Notes: generated by a model from the sequence alone, not told the origin. Positions 1 through 6,753 are shown, numbered from the stretch's first letter. The stretch: DNA of 41,629 nt from a virus (IMGVR_UViG_3300021082_000060:1-41629); one strand, 5' to 3'. Translations and numbers: made by a program.

Positions 1-137
1 GGCACGTTGGACCGGAAGGCGGCTACCGATTAGAGGGCCGTCTCGGCCCCGTTCCCGACAGCCTGCGGCTTGAGGGTATCGACGACGGCCCAGACAAGGT
101 CGGGTAAGGCCGAAGCCCCACCCGTCCAAGCCTGCCC
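1..137. repeat. Terminal direct repeat (copy 1); assembly overlap of a circular or circularly permuted genome
   Basis: 1-137 is identical to 41492-41629 except GACCGG here vs GACCCGG at the end. Confidence 0.93.
98..127 (-). terminator. cUUCGg-capped hairpin closing the pentamer-array transcript
   Basis: Minus strand GGGUGGGGC-UUCG-GCCUUACCC. The G-U pairs and the UUCG tetraloop only work on the minus strand. It lies just after the last array unit. Confidence 0.7.
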
Positions 138-754
138 CGTCAGGACTCGCCCTGGCGCGCCAGGACTAGCCGTGCCACGTCATGCCTGCCCCGCCTCGCC
201 TGCCATGCCTCGCCTCGTCCGGCCATGCCAAGCCCGGCCAAGCCACGCCGGGCCACGCCTGCCTCGCCATGCCCAGCCGGGCCGCGCCGGTCCATGCCTC
301 GTCTTGCCTGCCAAGCCAAGCCGTGCCTCGACAGGCCGTGCCCGGCCCCGTCCTGCCACGCCTTGCCTGCCCCGCCATGCCATGCCGCGCCATGCCGAGC
401 CAACCCCTGCCACGCCTGCCCTGCCCGGCCTTGCCCCACCTCGCCAGAACTGGCCCCGCCCAGCCCCGCCGCGCCTGCCCAGCCTTGCCGTGACGCGCCT
501 ATCCGGACCAAGCCCAGCCCCGCCTCGCCTGCCGTGCCGCGCCCAGGCTGCCCCCGCCCCGCCGCGCCGTGCCTAACCGGGCCACGCCTGCCCTGCCCTG
601 CCTTGCCGCGCCGAGCCCAACCGTGCCGGGCCAAGCCGGGCCTGCCATGCCAGGTCTGGCCCTGCCCCGTCTCGCCTCGCCGCGCCTCGCCGTGCCTGCC
701 CTGCCAGGCCCTGCCGAGCCCGGCCAAGCCGGGCCCTGCCATGCCAAGCCTGCC
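133..754 (-). ncRNA. Array of putative gapped-code guide RNAs: GGCA followed by 9-11 GGY-NN-type pentamers (VIPR-like vrRNA array)
   Basis: Strict 5-nt period (NNGCC on +) reset by a 4-nt TGCC at 133,187,201,260,309,368,417,476,530,589,643,697,751. There are 11 full units of 49-59 nt and one 2-pentamer unit. The array starts 3 nt after the accessory gene stop. Confidence 0.88.
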
Positions 755-757
755 ATG

Positions 758-1234
758 TCACCGCTTGGGCGGTGTCTTCCCGCCGCCCTTGGGACGCCCA
801 GGCTTGCGCCTGGGGGCGGGCGGCGGCTCCTCCCGTACCTGGGTCACGGCGACCCAGACGCGGTCAAGCTCTTGAAGCTCCTCGTACTTCGCCTGCATTC
901 GCTCCAGTTCGTGCAGCGCGTCCTGCAACAAAACCGTGCGCAGATCAGGCGTGTTCATTACCGATTCGATCCGGCGATACCCGCCACCCTCCACCCGATC
1001 GACCGACAAGCTGACGTATTGCCGCGTGAGGGTCTGGGGATTGACGAAAATCGCCACCAGCTGGCGGACCTGCTGGATGCGGTAGGCCTCGGCTGCAATC
1101 GAGTCGTCCCATTCCAACTCGGCATACAGCGCCGAACTGGGATGCGCGCGCGCCCACTCCACCGCAGCCTTCGGTTGGATCAGGCCGCCGCGCTCCAGCC
1201 GCAACAGCTCGCTGGCGACGTTCTCCTTGTTCAT
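758..1234 (-). CDS. Accessory protein of the RAMP/pentamer-array module (158 aa, MNKENVASELLRLERGG...)
   Basis: ATG at 1234 overlaps the RAMP gene stop (ATGA) and has a GGAG RBS. Contains EWDDSIAAEAYRIQQVRQL and a basic C-terminal tail (PRRKPGRPK). Confidence 0.8.
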   Translation of the reverse strand: MNKENVASELLRLERGGLIQPKAAVEWARAHPSSALYAELEWDDSIAAEAYRIQQVRQLVAIFVNPQTLTRQYVSLSVDRVEGGGYRRIESVMNTPDLRTVLLQDALHELERMQAKYEELQELDRVWVAVTQVREEPPPAPRRKPGRPKGGGKTPPKR

Positions 1235-1953
1235 ACGCTCCTGATCTCCATTAGTTCGTCGGTCACCACCTCGAAACGACCAAACCCAAGGCCGTTGGAG
1301 TTGGGGGAGTTGGGCCGGCCTTCGCCGATGCCGACCTGCTTGCCGGCGCGGGCCATCAAATTGAGCAAATCGATTGCCGAGAACTGATCGACGTCCCATT
1401 CGATCGACACCTGGGCCGACCACTCACGCCACATCGGGCGCCAACGGATGTCGGCCACGCCGCTGTCATTTCTAACTGGTGCTTTGTAGGGCTGCGGCGT
1501 GCCGATGATCTTCACCAACTGGCTGCCATCCTCGCTGTCGGTGCCGTCGGCGATGACGAATACCGACAGTTTTGCGTGGGTCATCCTGAAGCCGACGAGG
1601 CGGCAGGCGTCGATGATGGCGTTGCGAAAGCTGGGTGCCGGGATGCCGCACCAGCCCTCGGTGGAGATGTGCATAGCGTCCCGATACAGCTGCTCGAAAT
1701 CCTTCGGCTGGCGCACCTTGCGGCCACGGCTCTGCTGTCCGGCGCGCTGGGTGGCCTCCATGATCCGTTGCTGTTTGGCACTGAATGCATGTTGGACATA
1801 GGGGCTGAGGCCCCGGATGTTGAATCTCGCCACGCCGAGGTTGGGTGGCGTGATCTTGAGTGCCGGCACTGCGGGTGCGGCGGGCTTGTTTATCTCGGTG
1901 GTTTGGGTGCTGGCCTGTTTGCGGACAGGTGGGATACGCTTCGGTGCAGCCAT
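1231..1953 (-). CDS. Stand-alone Cas7-like RAMP protein (Vipr-like effector)
   Basis: RAMP hallmarks: N-terminal beta strand (FNIRGLSP), GIPAPSFRNAIIDAC (cf. IPGSSLKG motif) and C-terminal Gly-rich loop GIGEGRPNSPNSNGLGFGRFEV. No other cas genes are present. Confidence 0.85.
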   Translation of the reverse strand: MAAPKRIPPVRKQASTQTTEINKPAAPAVPALKITPPNLGVARFNIRGLSPYVQHAFSAKQQRIMEATQRAGQQSRGRKVRQPKDFEQLYRDAMHISTEGWCGIPAPSFRNAIIDACRLVGFRMTHAKLSVFVIADGTDSEDGSQLVKIIGTPQPYKAPVRNDSGVADIRWRPMWREWSAQVSIEWDVDQFSAIDLLNLMARAGKQVGIGEGRPNSPNSNGLGFGRFEVVTDELMEIRSV

Positions 1954-2046
1954 GGTGTTTGCTCCAATCAGACACTGTGGTCAGGGTCGCGGCAGCGGTC
2001 GGAAGCTGCTGTCGCGACCCGCACCCTAATATTTCTCACTGAACGG

Positions 2047-2080
2047 TGTCAACGTCTACATCTAGCTTGACAGCGTCAAG
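2047..2080. promoter_or_regulatory. Divergent promoter/operator region
   Basis: TTGACA on the minus strand (2052-2047) and plus strand (2067-2072); inverted repeat CTTGAC-agc-GTCAAG at 2066-2080; lies between divergent genes. Confidence 0.45.
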
Positions 2081-2119
2081 GTAGAGGGGCACAAGGAGGG
2101 CGCACACAAGGAGACAGAG

Positions 2120-2287
2120 ATGACCTACCGCATTACCAACCAAACCCTCGGCACCAGCATCATCGTGGATCAGCTGCCGCCCGGCGTCAGCGTCGGCGTG
2201 CATGACATCGGTCCGTCGTGGAACAACCAGCCGCCGCCGCAGTCGATCGTGGAGGAGCTACCGGCGAAAGACGACGACGCACCGTAG
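2120..2287 (+). CDS. Small hypothetical protein (55 aa, MTYRITNQTLG...)
   Basis: AAGGAG RBS, ATG at 2120, TAG at 2285-2287; below the ORF-track cutoff. Confidence 0.6.
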   Translation: MTYRITNQTLGTSIIVDQLPPGVSVGVHDIGPSWNNQPPPQSIVEELPAKDDDAP

Positions 2288-2370
2288 CCCGGACATAGGT
2301 GCGGCCCGGACGTGTCGAGCGCACCGGGCCGCGGAAAGCATACACACAAGAGACTGGTGTTATATGAGCG

Positions 2371-2408
2371 AAGGGCCGGTGGCTGGCAATCCCCACCGGC
2401 CCTTTGTT
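2371..2408 (+). terminator. Putative intrinsic terminator
   Basis: AAGGGCCGGTGG...CCACCGGCCCTT stem followed by TGTT. Confidence 0.5.
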
Positions 2409-2474
2409 CGATCCCAGGTAGCCGCCAAGCCGACCTGGAGAGTGTGTGTCCAACCCAGAACGAAAGGACCACCG

Positions 2475-2852
2475 ATGGTCAATAAGCGGCCTGTGGATAA
2501 AAAGGCAAGCGCCCCCGCGCGGTTCCCAGAACATTTTGACCGGGAAGTGACCCCGCGACTCGCCGCGATGTGCCGCGTGTGGGGGAATCTCGTGGCGTGC
2601 GACGCCTACACGTTCGGTGAGGCGCTGGCGCTGATCTGGGCGCGCGCCTGGAAGCTGGGTGCCGGGTATCTGCCGGCTCCGGTGCAGGACGAACTGCGCG
2701 ACTGGCTGGTCACTGAACTGTCAGCGAGTATCCTCGACGACGACCCGCCCCCCGGCGTGCTCTCGCCAAGCGCCGCACTGCGCCTCTGGGCGAGCCTGAG
2801 CCACGTCACGGATCAAACCGACCAGGGGGACCACAGCAATGGCCAGGGGTAG
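2475..2852 (+). CDS. Hypothetical protein upstream of the primase/helicase
   Basis: AAAGGA RBS and ATG at 2475 (MVNKRPVDKK); overlaps the next gene. Confidence 0.6.
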   Translation: MVNKRPVDKKASAPARFPEHFDREVTPRLAAMCRVWGNLVACDAYTFGEALALIWARAWKLGAGYLPAPVQDELRDWLVTELSASILDDDPPPGVLSPSAALRLWASLSHVTDQTDQGDHSNGQG

Positions 2853-4032
2853 CCGGCCATCATTCCGCGCCTCGCGGCAGCCTCTGCCAAGCACGCTGTC
2901 ATCGATCGCCGGACACCTGCGGACCGACCAGGGATGGAAGGACCGCCTGCAATTCAACGAGTTCCACGCCCGCCCCGAGATCCTCAACGGGCACGACGTG
3001 CTGGAGCCGATCGATGACATGCACGTCCTCCAGGCGCAGGAACGCCTGCAACACGACGGGTTCTTCCAGGCCAAGAAGGAGACGGTGCGCGACGCGCTGA
3101 CCCTGGTTGCAGGCGAGATCACCTATCACCCGATCCGCGACTGGCTGGTCGGGCTCAAGGGCAAGTGGGACCAGCTGGGACGGGTGGATCACTGGCTGGT
3201 GGACTGCTTCGGCTGCGACGACAGCCTCTACGTGCGTGCCATTGGCCGCATGTTCCTTATCGCCATGGTGGCCAGGATCATGCGCCCCGGCTGCCAGGCG
3301 GACTACATGCTCGTGCTGGAGGGCGCGCAGGGCATCCAGAAGAGCCGCGCCTGCCGGGTCCTGGCCGGTGAGGAGTCATTCGACGACAACCTGCGCCTCG
3401 ATGACCCGGTGCGGACGTCCATGGCGCTCCGCGGCAAGTGGCTGCTGGAGGTGTCCGAGATGGACGCCTTCAAGGGCAAGAGCATGGACATGCTCAAGGC
3501 CTTCGTCACCCGCCGGGTCGAGCACTACACCCCGAAGTATTCCCGCTCGGTCGTGGTGGAGCCGCGCCAGTGCCTGTTCATTGGCACGCAGAACGGGCGG
3601 TTCAGCTACCAGGACCTGTCCGGCGCCCGGCGCTTCTGGCCGGTGAGCGTGGGCGAGATCGACCCGGCACGCCTCGCGGGTATGCGTGAGCAACTGTTCG
3701 CCGAGGCGCTGGCCCTGTTCGACGTAGGTGAACCCTGGTGGCCTGATGGCACGATGGAGGAAGCGCACATCAGGCCGGTGCAGGAGGACAGACGCGAGGT
3801 CGAGGCCTGGGTCGAGATAATCGAACCGTGGCTGCACGGGACCAGCAGGCCAGCCCAACCCCTGGCGCTGAAGCAGATCTGGCTCGACTGCCTGAAGGGC
3901 ACCGAGGACCGCTACAATCAGGAGATCTCCCGCCGCATCGCCAACGCCCTGCGCTTGCTGGGATGGGAGGACAAGCACAACGGGAAGGCGAGAGTCTGGT
4001 CGGAAAAATCTATCCCAGGCCTTGGCCCCTAA
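2839..4032 (+). CDS. VirE/VapE-family P-loop ATPase (phage primase-helicase type)
   Basis: YHPIRDWL..WD...RVDHWL, VARIMRPGCQADYMLVLEGAQGIQKS (Walker A), FIGTQN and GARRFWPV motifs. Confidence 0.9.
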   Translation: MARGSRPSFRASRQPLPSTLSSIAGHLRTDQGWKDRLQFNEFHARPEILNGHDVLEPIDDMHVLQAQERLQHDGFFQAKKETVRDALTLVAGEITYHPIRDWLVGLKGKWDQLGRVDHWLVDCFGCDDSLYVRAIGRMFLIAMVARIMRPGCQADYMLVLEGAQGIQKSRACRVLAGEESFDDNLRLDDPVRTSMALRGKWLLEVSEMDAFKGKSMDMLKAFVTRRVEHYTPKYSRSVVVEPRQCLFIGTQNGRFSYQDLSGARRFWPVSVGEIDPARLAGMREQLFAEALALFDVGEPWWPDGTMEEAHIRPVQEDRREVEAWVEIIEPWLHGTSRPAQPLALKQIWLDCLKGTEDRYNQEISRRIANALRLLGWEDKHNGKARVWSEKSIPGLGP

Positions 4033-4215
4033 CAAACTGAACTGAATAACTAGGGGGTCGAGTAGCGCGGGGGGAGGGGGGCTGTTACCATTCTATGGTA
4101 TATATCAGTTATTCAGTTATTCAGTTAGTTATATAGGTATATCAACGGGATGGAGGACTAACCGGAGACTAACCGAGAAGTGACTGAGTGTCGGTTGGAA
4201 CGTAACTGACATATT
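4033..4215. other. AT-rich repeat region, candidate replication origin
   Basis: AACTGAATAACT (4040-4051) is inverted relative to overlapping AGTTATTCAGTT copies (4107-4126); CTAACCG direct repeats near 4158-4175; directly after the helicase gene. Confidence 0.55.
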
Positions 4216-4245
4216 ATCAGACCGGAAGCCCAAGGATTATGTGAG

Positions 4246-4956
4246 ATGTCGAACCCACAACCTACCGGTGTGCCGCACCCTGTCGGACGCGAACCGTCAG
4301 GTCGGTTGGTCCATGTGCGAGACGCACAGCGCGGCCTCGCCTCCAACGTCGTCTGCCTTACCTGCGGCCAACCGTTCGTCGCCCGTCAGGGCGAGCACAA
4401 TGTGTGGCACTTCGCTCACCATGTCGTGGGGCTGACCTGCGGTGGCGGGCTGATGAGCGACGCTCACGCCTACGCCCAGCAGATCCTGCTGGATGCCCGT
4501 CAGCTGACTATGCCAGCCCGCTACGCGCCGCAGGCGCAGACCTGGGTAGCGGATTACAGCGACCCAGTGAGAGAGGCACGTCAGCCATTCGGCTACGTGG
4601 TCGATGTCCTGGTGCAGGAGAGCGGTCGTCGTCTGGGCATCGAGGTGCGCTATCGTCACGCAGTGAACATGGCCAAACGGGCACTAATCCAGGCTGACGG
4701 GTTGGCAGCGATCGAGATCGACATATCCAACACCCATCCGCAGATGCTGTATGAGCCGGAAGCGTTCCGCGCCTACGTGCTGCACGGCGCGGCGCGAGCG
4801 TGGTTGCATAACGACGATGCAATGCGCGCCCGACTGAGACATGCCGAGGCGTCGCGCAAATGGCACCTTCGCGAATCGCCCTATGATGATCCCAACGTCC
4901 CAGCGCCTCGCCTGGAGCCTGGAGCAGGCGAATGGACGACCTTGACGGTCGGCTGA
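4246..4956 (+). CDS. CoiA-like Zn-finger plus PD-(D/E)XK nuclease-fold protein
   Basis: CLTCGQPFVARQGEHNVWHFAH...C and VDVL...GIEVRYRH motifs. Confidence 0.7.
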   Translation: MSNPQPTGVPHPVGREPSGRLVHVRDAQRGLASNVVCLTCGQPFVARQGEHNVWHFAHHVVGLTCGGGLMSDAHAYAQQILLDARQLTMPARYAPQAQTWVADYSDPVREARQPFGYVVDVLVQESGRRLGIEVRYRHAVNMAKRALIQADGLAAIEIDISNTHPQMLYEPEAFRAYVLHGAARAWLHNDDAMRARLRHAEASRKWHLRESPYDDPNVPAPRLEPGAGEWTTLTVG

Positions 4957-4978
4957 CGTGGAATAAAGTTGCGCGCTG

Positions 4979-5395
4979 ATGGGCGAAACTGTTCCCGATG
5001 CGCGTGCTAGCACTTCAGTTGCCCGTAGGCCGGGTCAGTTGTGGCAAAAAGGCCAGAGCGGAAACCCGAAGGGCAGGCCTCGCTCGCCCTACGATCTGCC
5101 TGCGCTCTGTCGTGAGCACACTGCTGAGGCCGTCAGGCGGCTGGTGCAGATCATGCGTGCCGAGGACGACGGGCGCGCTCTGGCAGCCATCCAGCAGCTG
5201 CTGGATCGTGGTTGGGGTCGACCAATTACCCCGATCGTCGACGAGACCGAGGGGACCAGTTTGACGTTGTTGCATTTGATTGCGGCGCGGCGTGTTGCCG
5301 AAACGTTGCAAGCCGTGGCGGAGGGGAAAACCGAGAACGAATCGGGCGACTCCTCCAAGCCTGTGGTCGATTATAGTGTTCCTGCCCTGGAATAG
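4979..5395 (+). CDS. terS: Terminase small subunit-like protein (DUF5681-type)
   Basis: WQKGQSGNPKGRP and LLDRGWGRP motifs typical of this TerS-like family. Confidence 0.7.
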   Translation: MGETVPDARASTSVARRPGQLWQKGQSGNPKGRPRSPYDLPALCREHTAEAVRRLVQIMRAEDDGRALAAIQQLLDRGWGRPITPIVDETEGTSLTLLHLIAARRVAETLQAVAEGKTENESGDSSKPVVDYSVPALE

Positions 5396-5396
5396 T

Positions 5397-5510
5397 CGTT
5401 AGAACAAACGCGGCGTGGCACGACGGGGCCTGTCCCGTACAGGCCCGGCCGGGCTCGTCAGGGCAGGGCAGGCATGACATGGCACAGGGGCGGCATCCTG
5501 CCGCCGCCCC
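5397..5510 (+). ncRNA. Solitary GGY-NN guide unit 1
   Basis: Leader CGTTAGAACAAACGC, 11 pentamers at 5412-5466, GGCA at 5467-5470, 3 more pentamers, then a GGGGCGGC/GCCGCCCC hairpin at 5487-5510. Confidence 0.8.
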
Positions 5511-5518
5511 AGCCGCCC

Positions 5519-5701
5519 TCATGCCGCCTGCTGCTTCCGCACGCTGTCCAGCCGGCCCAGAGCCTCGGCCAGCAGGCAGCGCGCATCCAGCACGAGACCG
5601 TAACCCACCGCGCTGATGGCGCCATAGCTGACCAGCCGCAGGCTCGCCATCGCCTGCTCCAGCTTGGCGGCGATCGCCTCCAGGTCGCGCATGTCACGCA
5701 T
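5519..5701 (-). CDS. Small hypothetical protein (MRDMRDLEAIAAK...)
   Basis: TGATG coupling with the upstream gene. Confidence 0.55.
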   Translation of the reverse strand: MRDMRDLEAIAAKLEQAMASLRLVSYGAISAVGYGLVLDARCLLAEALGRLDSVRKQQAA

Positions 5702-5916
5702 CACGCGACCTCCCAGGCGACCATAATGCCGTCGATGTCGGGGCCGAGGTAGGCAGACCGCAGCCATTGGGTCAGCGTCTCAGCGTCGCCTTTGGCCTCG
5801 GCCTCCAGTTCAGTCAGATCGCTGCTGAAGAAGTCGGCGAAGGTGAGGCCGTCTACGGCCTCGGTGCCGGTGATGTCCTCGCCGTTCTTGGCGATGAAAC
5901 GCATGCTGATCATCAC
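5701..5916 (-). CDS. Small acidic hypothetical protein
   Basis: Middle gene of a coupled three-gene minus-strand operon. Confidence 0.55.
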   Translation of the reverse strand: MMISMRFIAKNGEDITGTEAVDGLTFADFFSSDLTELEAEAKGDAETLTQWLRSAYLGPDIDGIMVAWEVA

Positions 5917-6098
5917 GCGATCTCCTCTTCGTCGTCGTATGCCTCGACATCGAACAGGTCCTCCGAGGAGTAGGGTTCACACTCTTTGTCACATGAGGGG
6001 CACCAGCTTGGTCCAATCACCAGCATCTCATCAGCAAATTCGTTGGGGCACTCGTCGCAGATATAGTGGCAACGAAAAACGCGCATGGGCTTAAGCAT
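5913..6098 (-). CDS. Small Zn-ribbon protein (CDEC...CPSC)
   Basis: AAGGAG RBS and ATG at 6098; two CxxC pairs; acidic tail. Confidence 0.65.
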   Translation of the reverse strand: MLKPMRVFRCHYICDECPNEFADEMLVIGPSWCPSCDKECEPYSSEDLFDVEAYDDEEEIA

Positions 6099-6147
6099 TG
6101 GAAGTCTCCTTGTGTTCGCTCGACAAGGAGGAACATAGACACAAGCC

Positions 6148-6176
6148 TTGACACAAGCAAGGGGCAATCGTATGTA
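6148..6176 (+). promoter_or_regulatory. Sigma70-like promoter
   Basis: TTGACA-N17-TATGTA upstream of the gene at 6208. Confidence 0.55.
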
Positions 6177-6207
6177 TCGGGTGTCGAGCAACACAAGGAC
6201 ACAGACC

Positions 6208-6459
6208 ATGGACATCCAGGCACACGAGGACGGCACGGGCTACGCGCCAAAGGCCGAGCGCTGGTACGCTATCGATCACGATACGTTCGATGGCTGCGAG
6301 GACGGCAACAACCGCGAGGGCCGCGGCTCATCCGCCAAGGCAGCGATCATGGACCTCATCGAGCGCCTGCTCGACGATGGCGAGATCGGCCACGATGAGC
6401 AGCGCGAGCTATGCCGCATCTACGGTATCGACCCGAGGGAGGTGGGATACGATGGATGA
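6208..6459 (+). CDS. Hypothetical protein (MDIQAHEDG...)
   Basis: AAGGA RBS and ATG at 6208. Confidence 0.65.
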   Translation: MDIQAHEDGTGYAPKAERWYAIDHDTFDGCEDGNNREGRGSSAKAAIMDLIERLLDDGEIGHDEQRELCRIYGIDPREVGYDG

Positions 6460-6565
6460 CCGCACTGACCTGCCGTCAGCCGCGACGGCCATCCTGGTGG
6501 TGGTCGTCGGCGTCGCCATCATCCTGGCGCTGCTGTTCCTGTTCCAAACCCTGGTGGTGCGATGA
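6452..6565 (+). CDS. Tiny single-TM membrane protein (37 aa)
   Basis: Hydrophobic stretch AILVVVVGVAIILALLFLF; GGAGG RBS. Confidence 0.55.
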   Translation: MDDRTDLPSAATAILVVVVGVAIILALLFLFQTLVVR

Positions 6566-6636
6566 TCGGCCTCATTGCCATCTTCCTGGTCGTCGGGCTC
6601 ACCTGCTGGGCCTGCCTGCACCTGATCAACCGATGA
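6562..6636 (+). CDS. Tiny membrane peptide (24 aa, MIGLIAIFLVVGLTCWACLHLINR)
   Basis: ATGA overlaps on both sides; almost entirely hydrophobic. Confidence 0.5.
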   Translation: MIGLIAIFLVVGLTCWACLHLINR

Positions 6637-6734
6637 TGGCAGCGGCAGCCCGGCTGCTGCTGCTATTAGCCTTCTACCTGGGCGCGCTCTGGTTTGGCGG
6701 CTACGTGTTCTGGCTGGCAGGGGCCATCAGGTGA
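6633..6734 (+). CDS. Tiny membrane peptide (33 aa)
   Basis: ATGA coupling; LLLLLAFYLGALWFGGYVFWLAG. Confidence 0.5.
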   Translation: MMAAAARLLLLLAFYLGALWFGGYVFWLAGAIR

Positions 6735-6753
6735 TCACACAGGGAGACGCCCC

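Noticed and set aside
1-137. Biological fixed terminal repeat
   Set aside because: The ends fall mid-gene and at the array edge, and the copies differ by an indel near the contig start; an assembly overlap is more likely.
205-259. Unit decoding to M-S-S-R-M-x-R as a match to MSSRMLR in gene 38289-38486
   Set aside because: Only 5 of 11 dinucleotides match and the second half is entirely mismatched.
372-416. Unit decoding to P-I-I-A-I-E-K-L-T as a match to cro HIAAISKLL
   Set aside because: Only 5 of 9 dinucleotides match, within chance expectation.
133-754. Canonical CRISPR array or simple microsatellite
   Set aside because: There are no 25-45 nt identical repeats separated by contiguous spacers, and NN positions vary between units rather than being clonally expanded.
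70-875. Many overlapping Pro/Ala/Arg/Gly-rich ORFs over the pentamer array
   Set aside because: Artefacts of a stop-poor GC repeat with a 5-nt period; all frames look equally low-complexity.
1235-1423. N-terminal extension of the accessory ORF as given in the track (758..1423)
   Set aside because: It overlaps the RAMP gene; ATG 1234 has an RBS and ATGA coupling.
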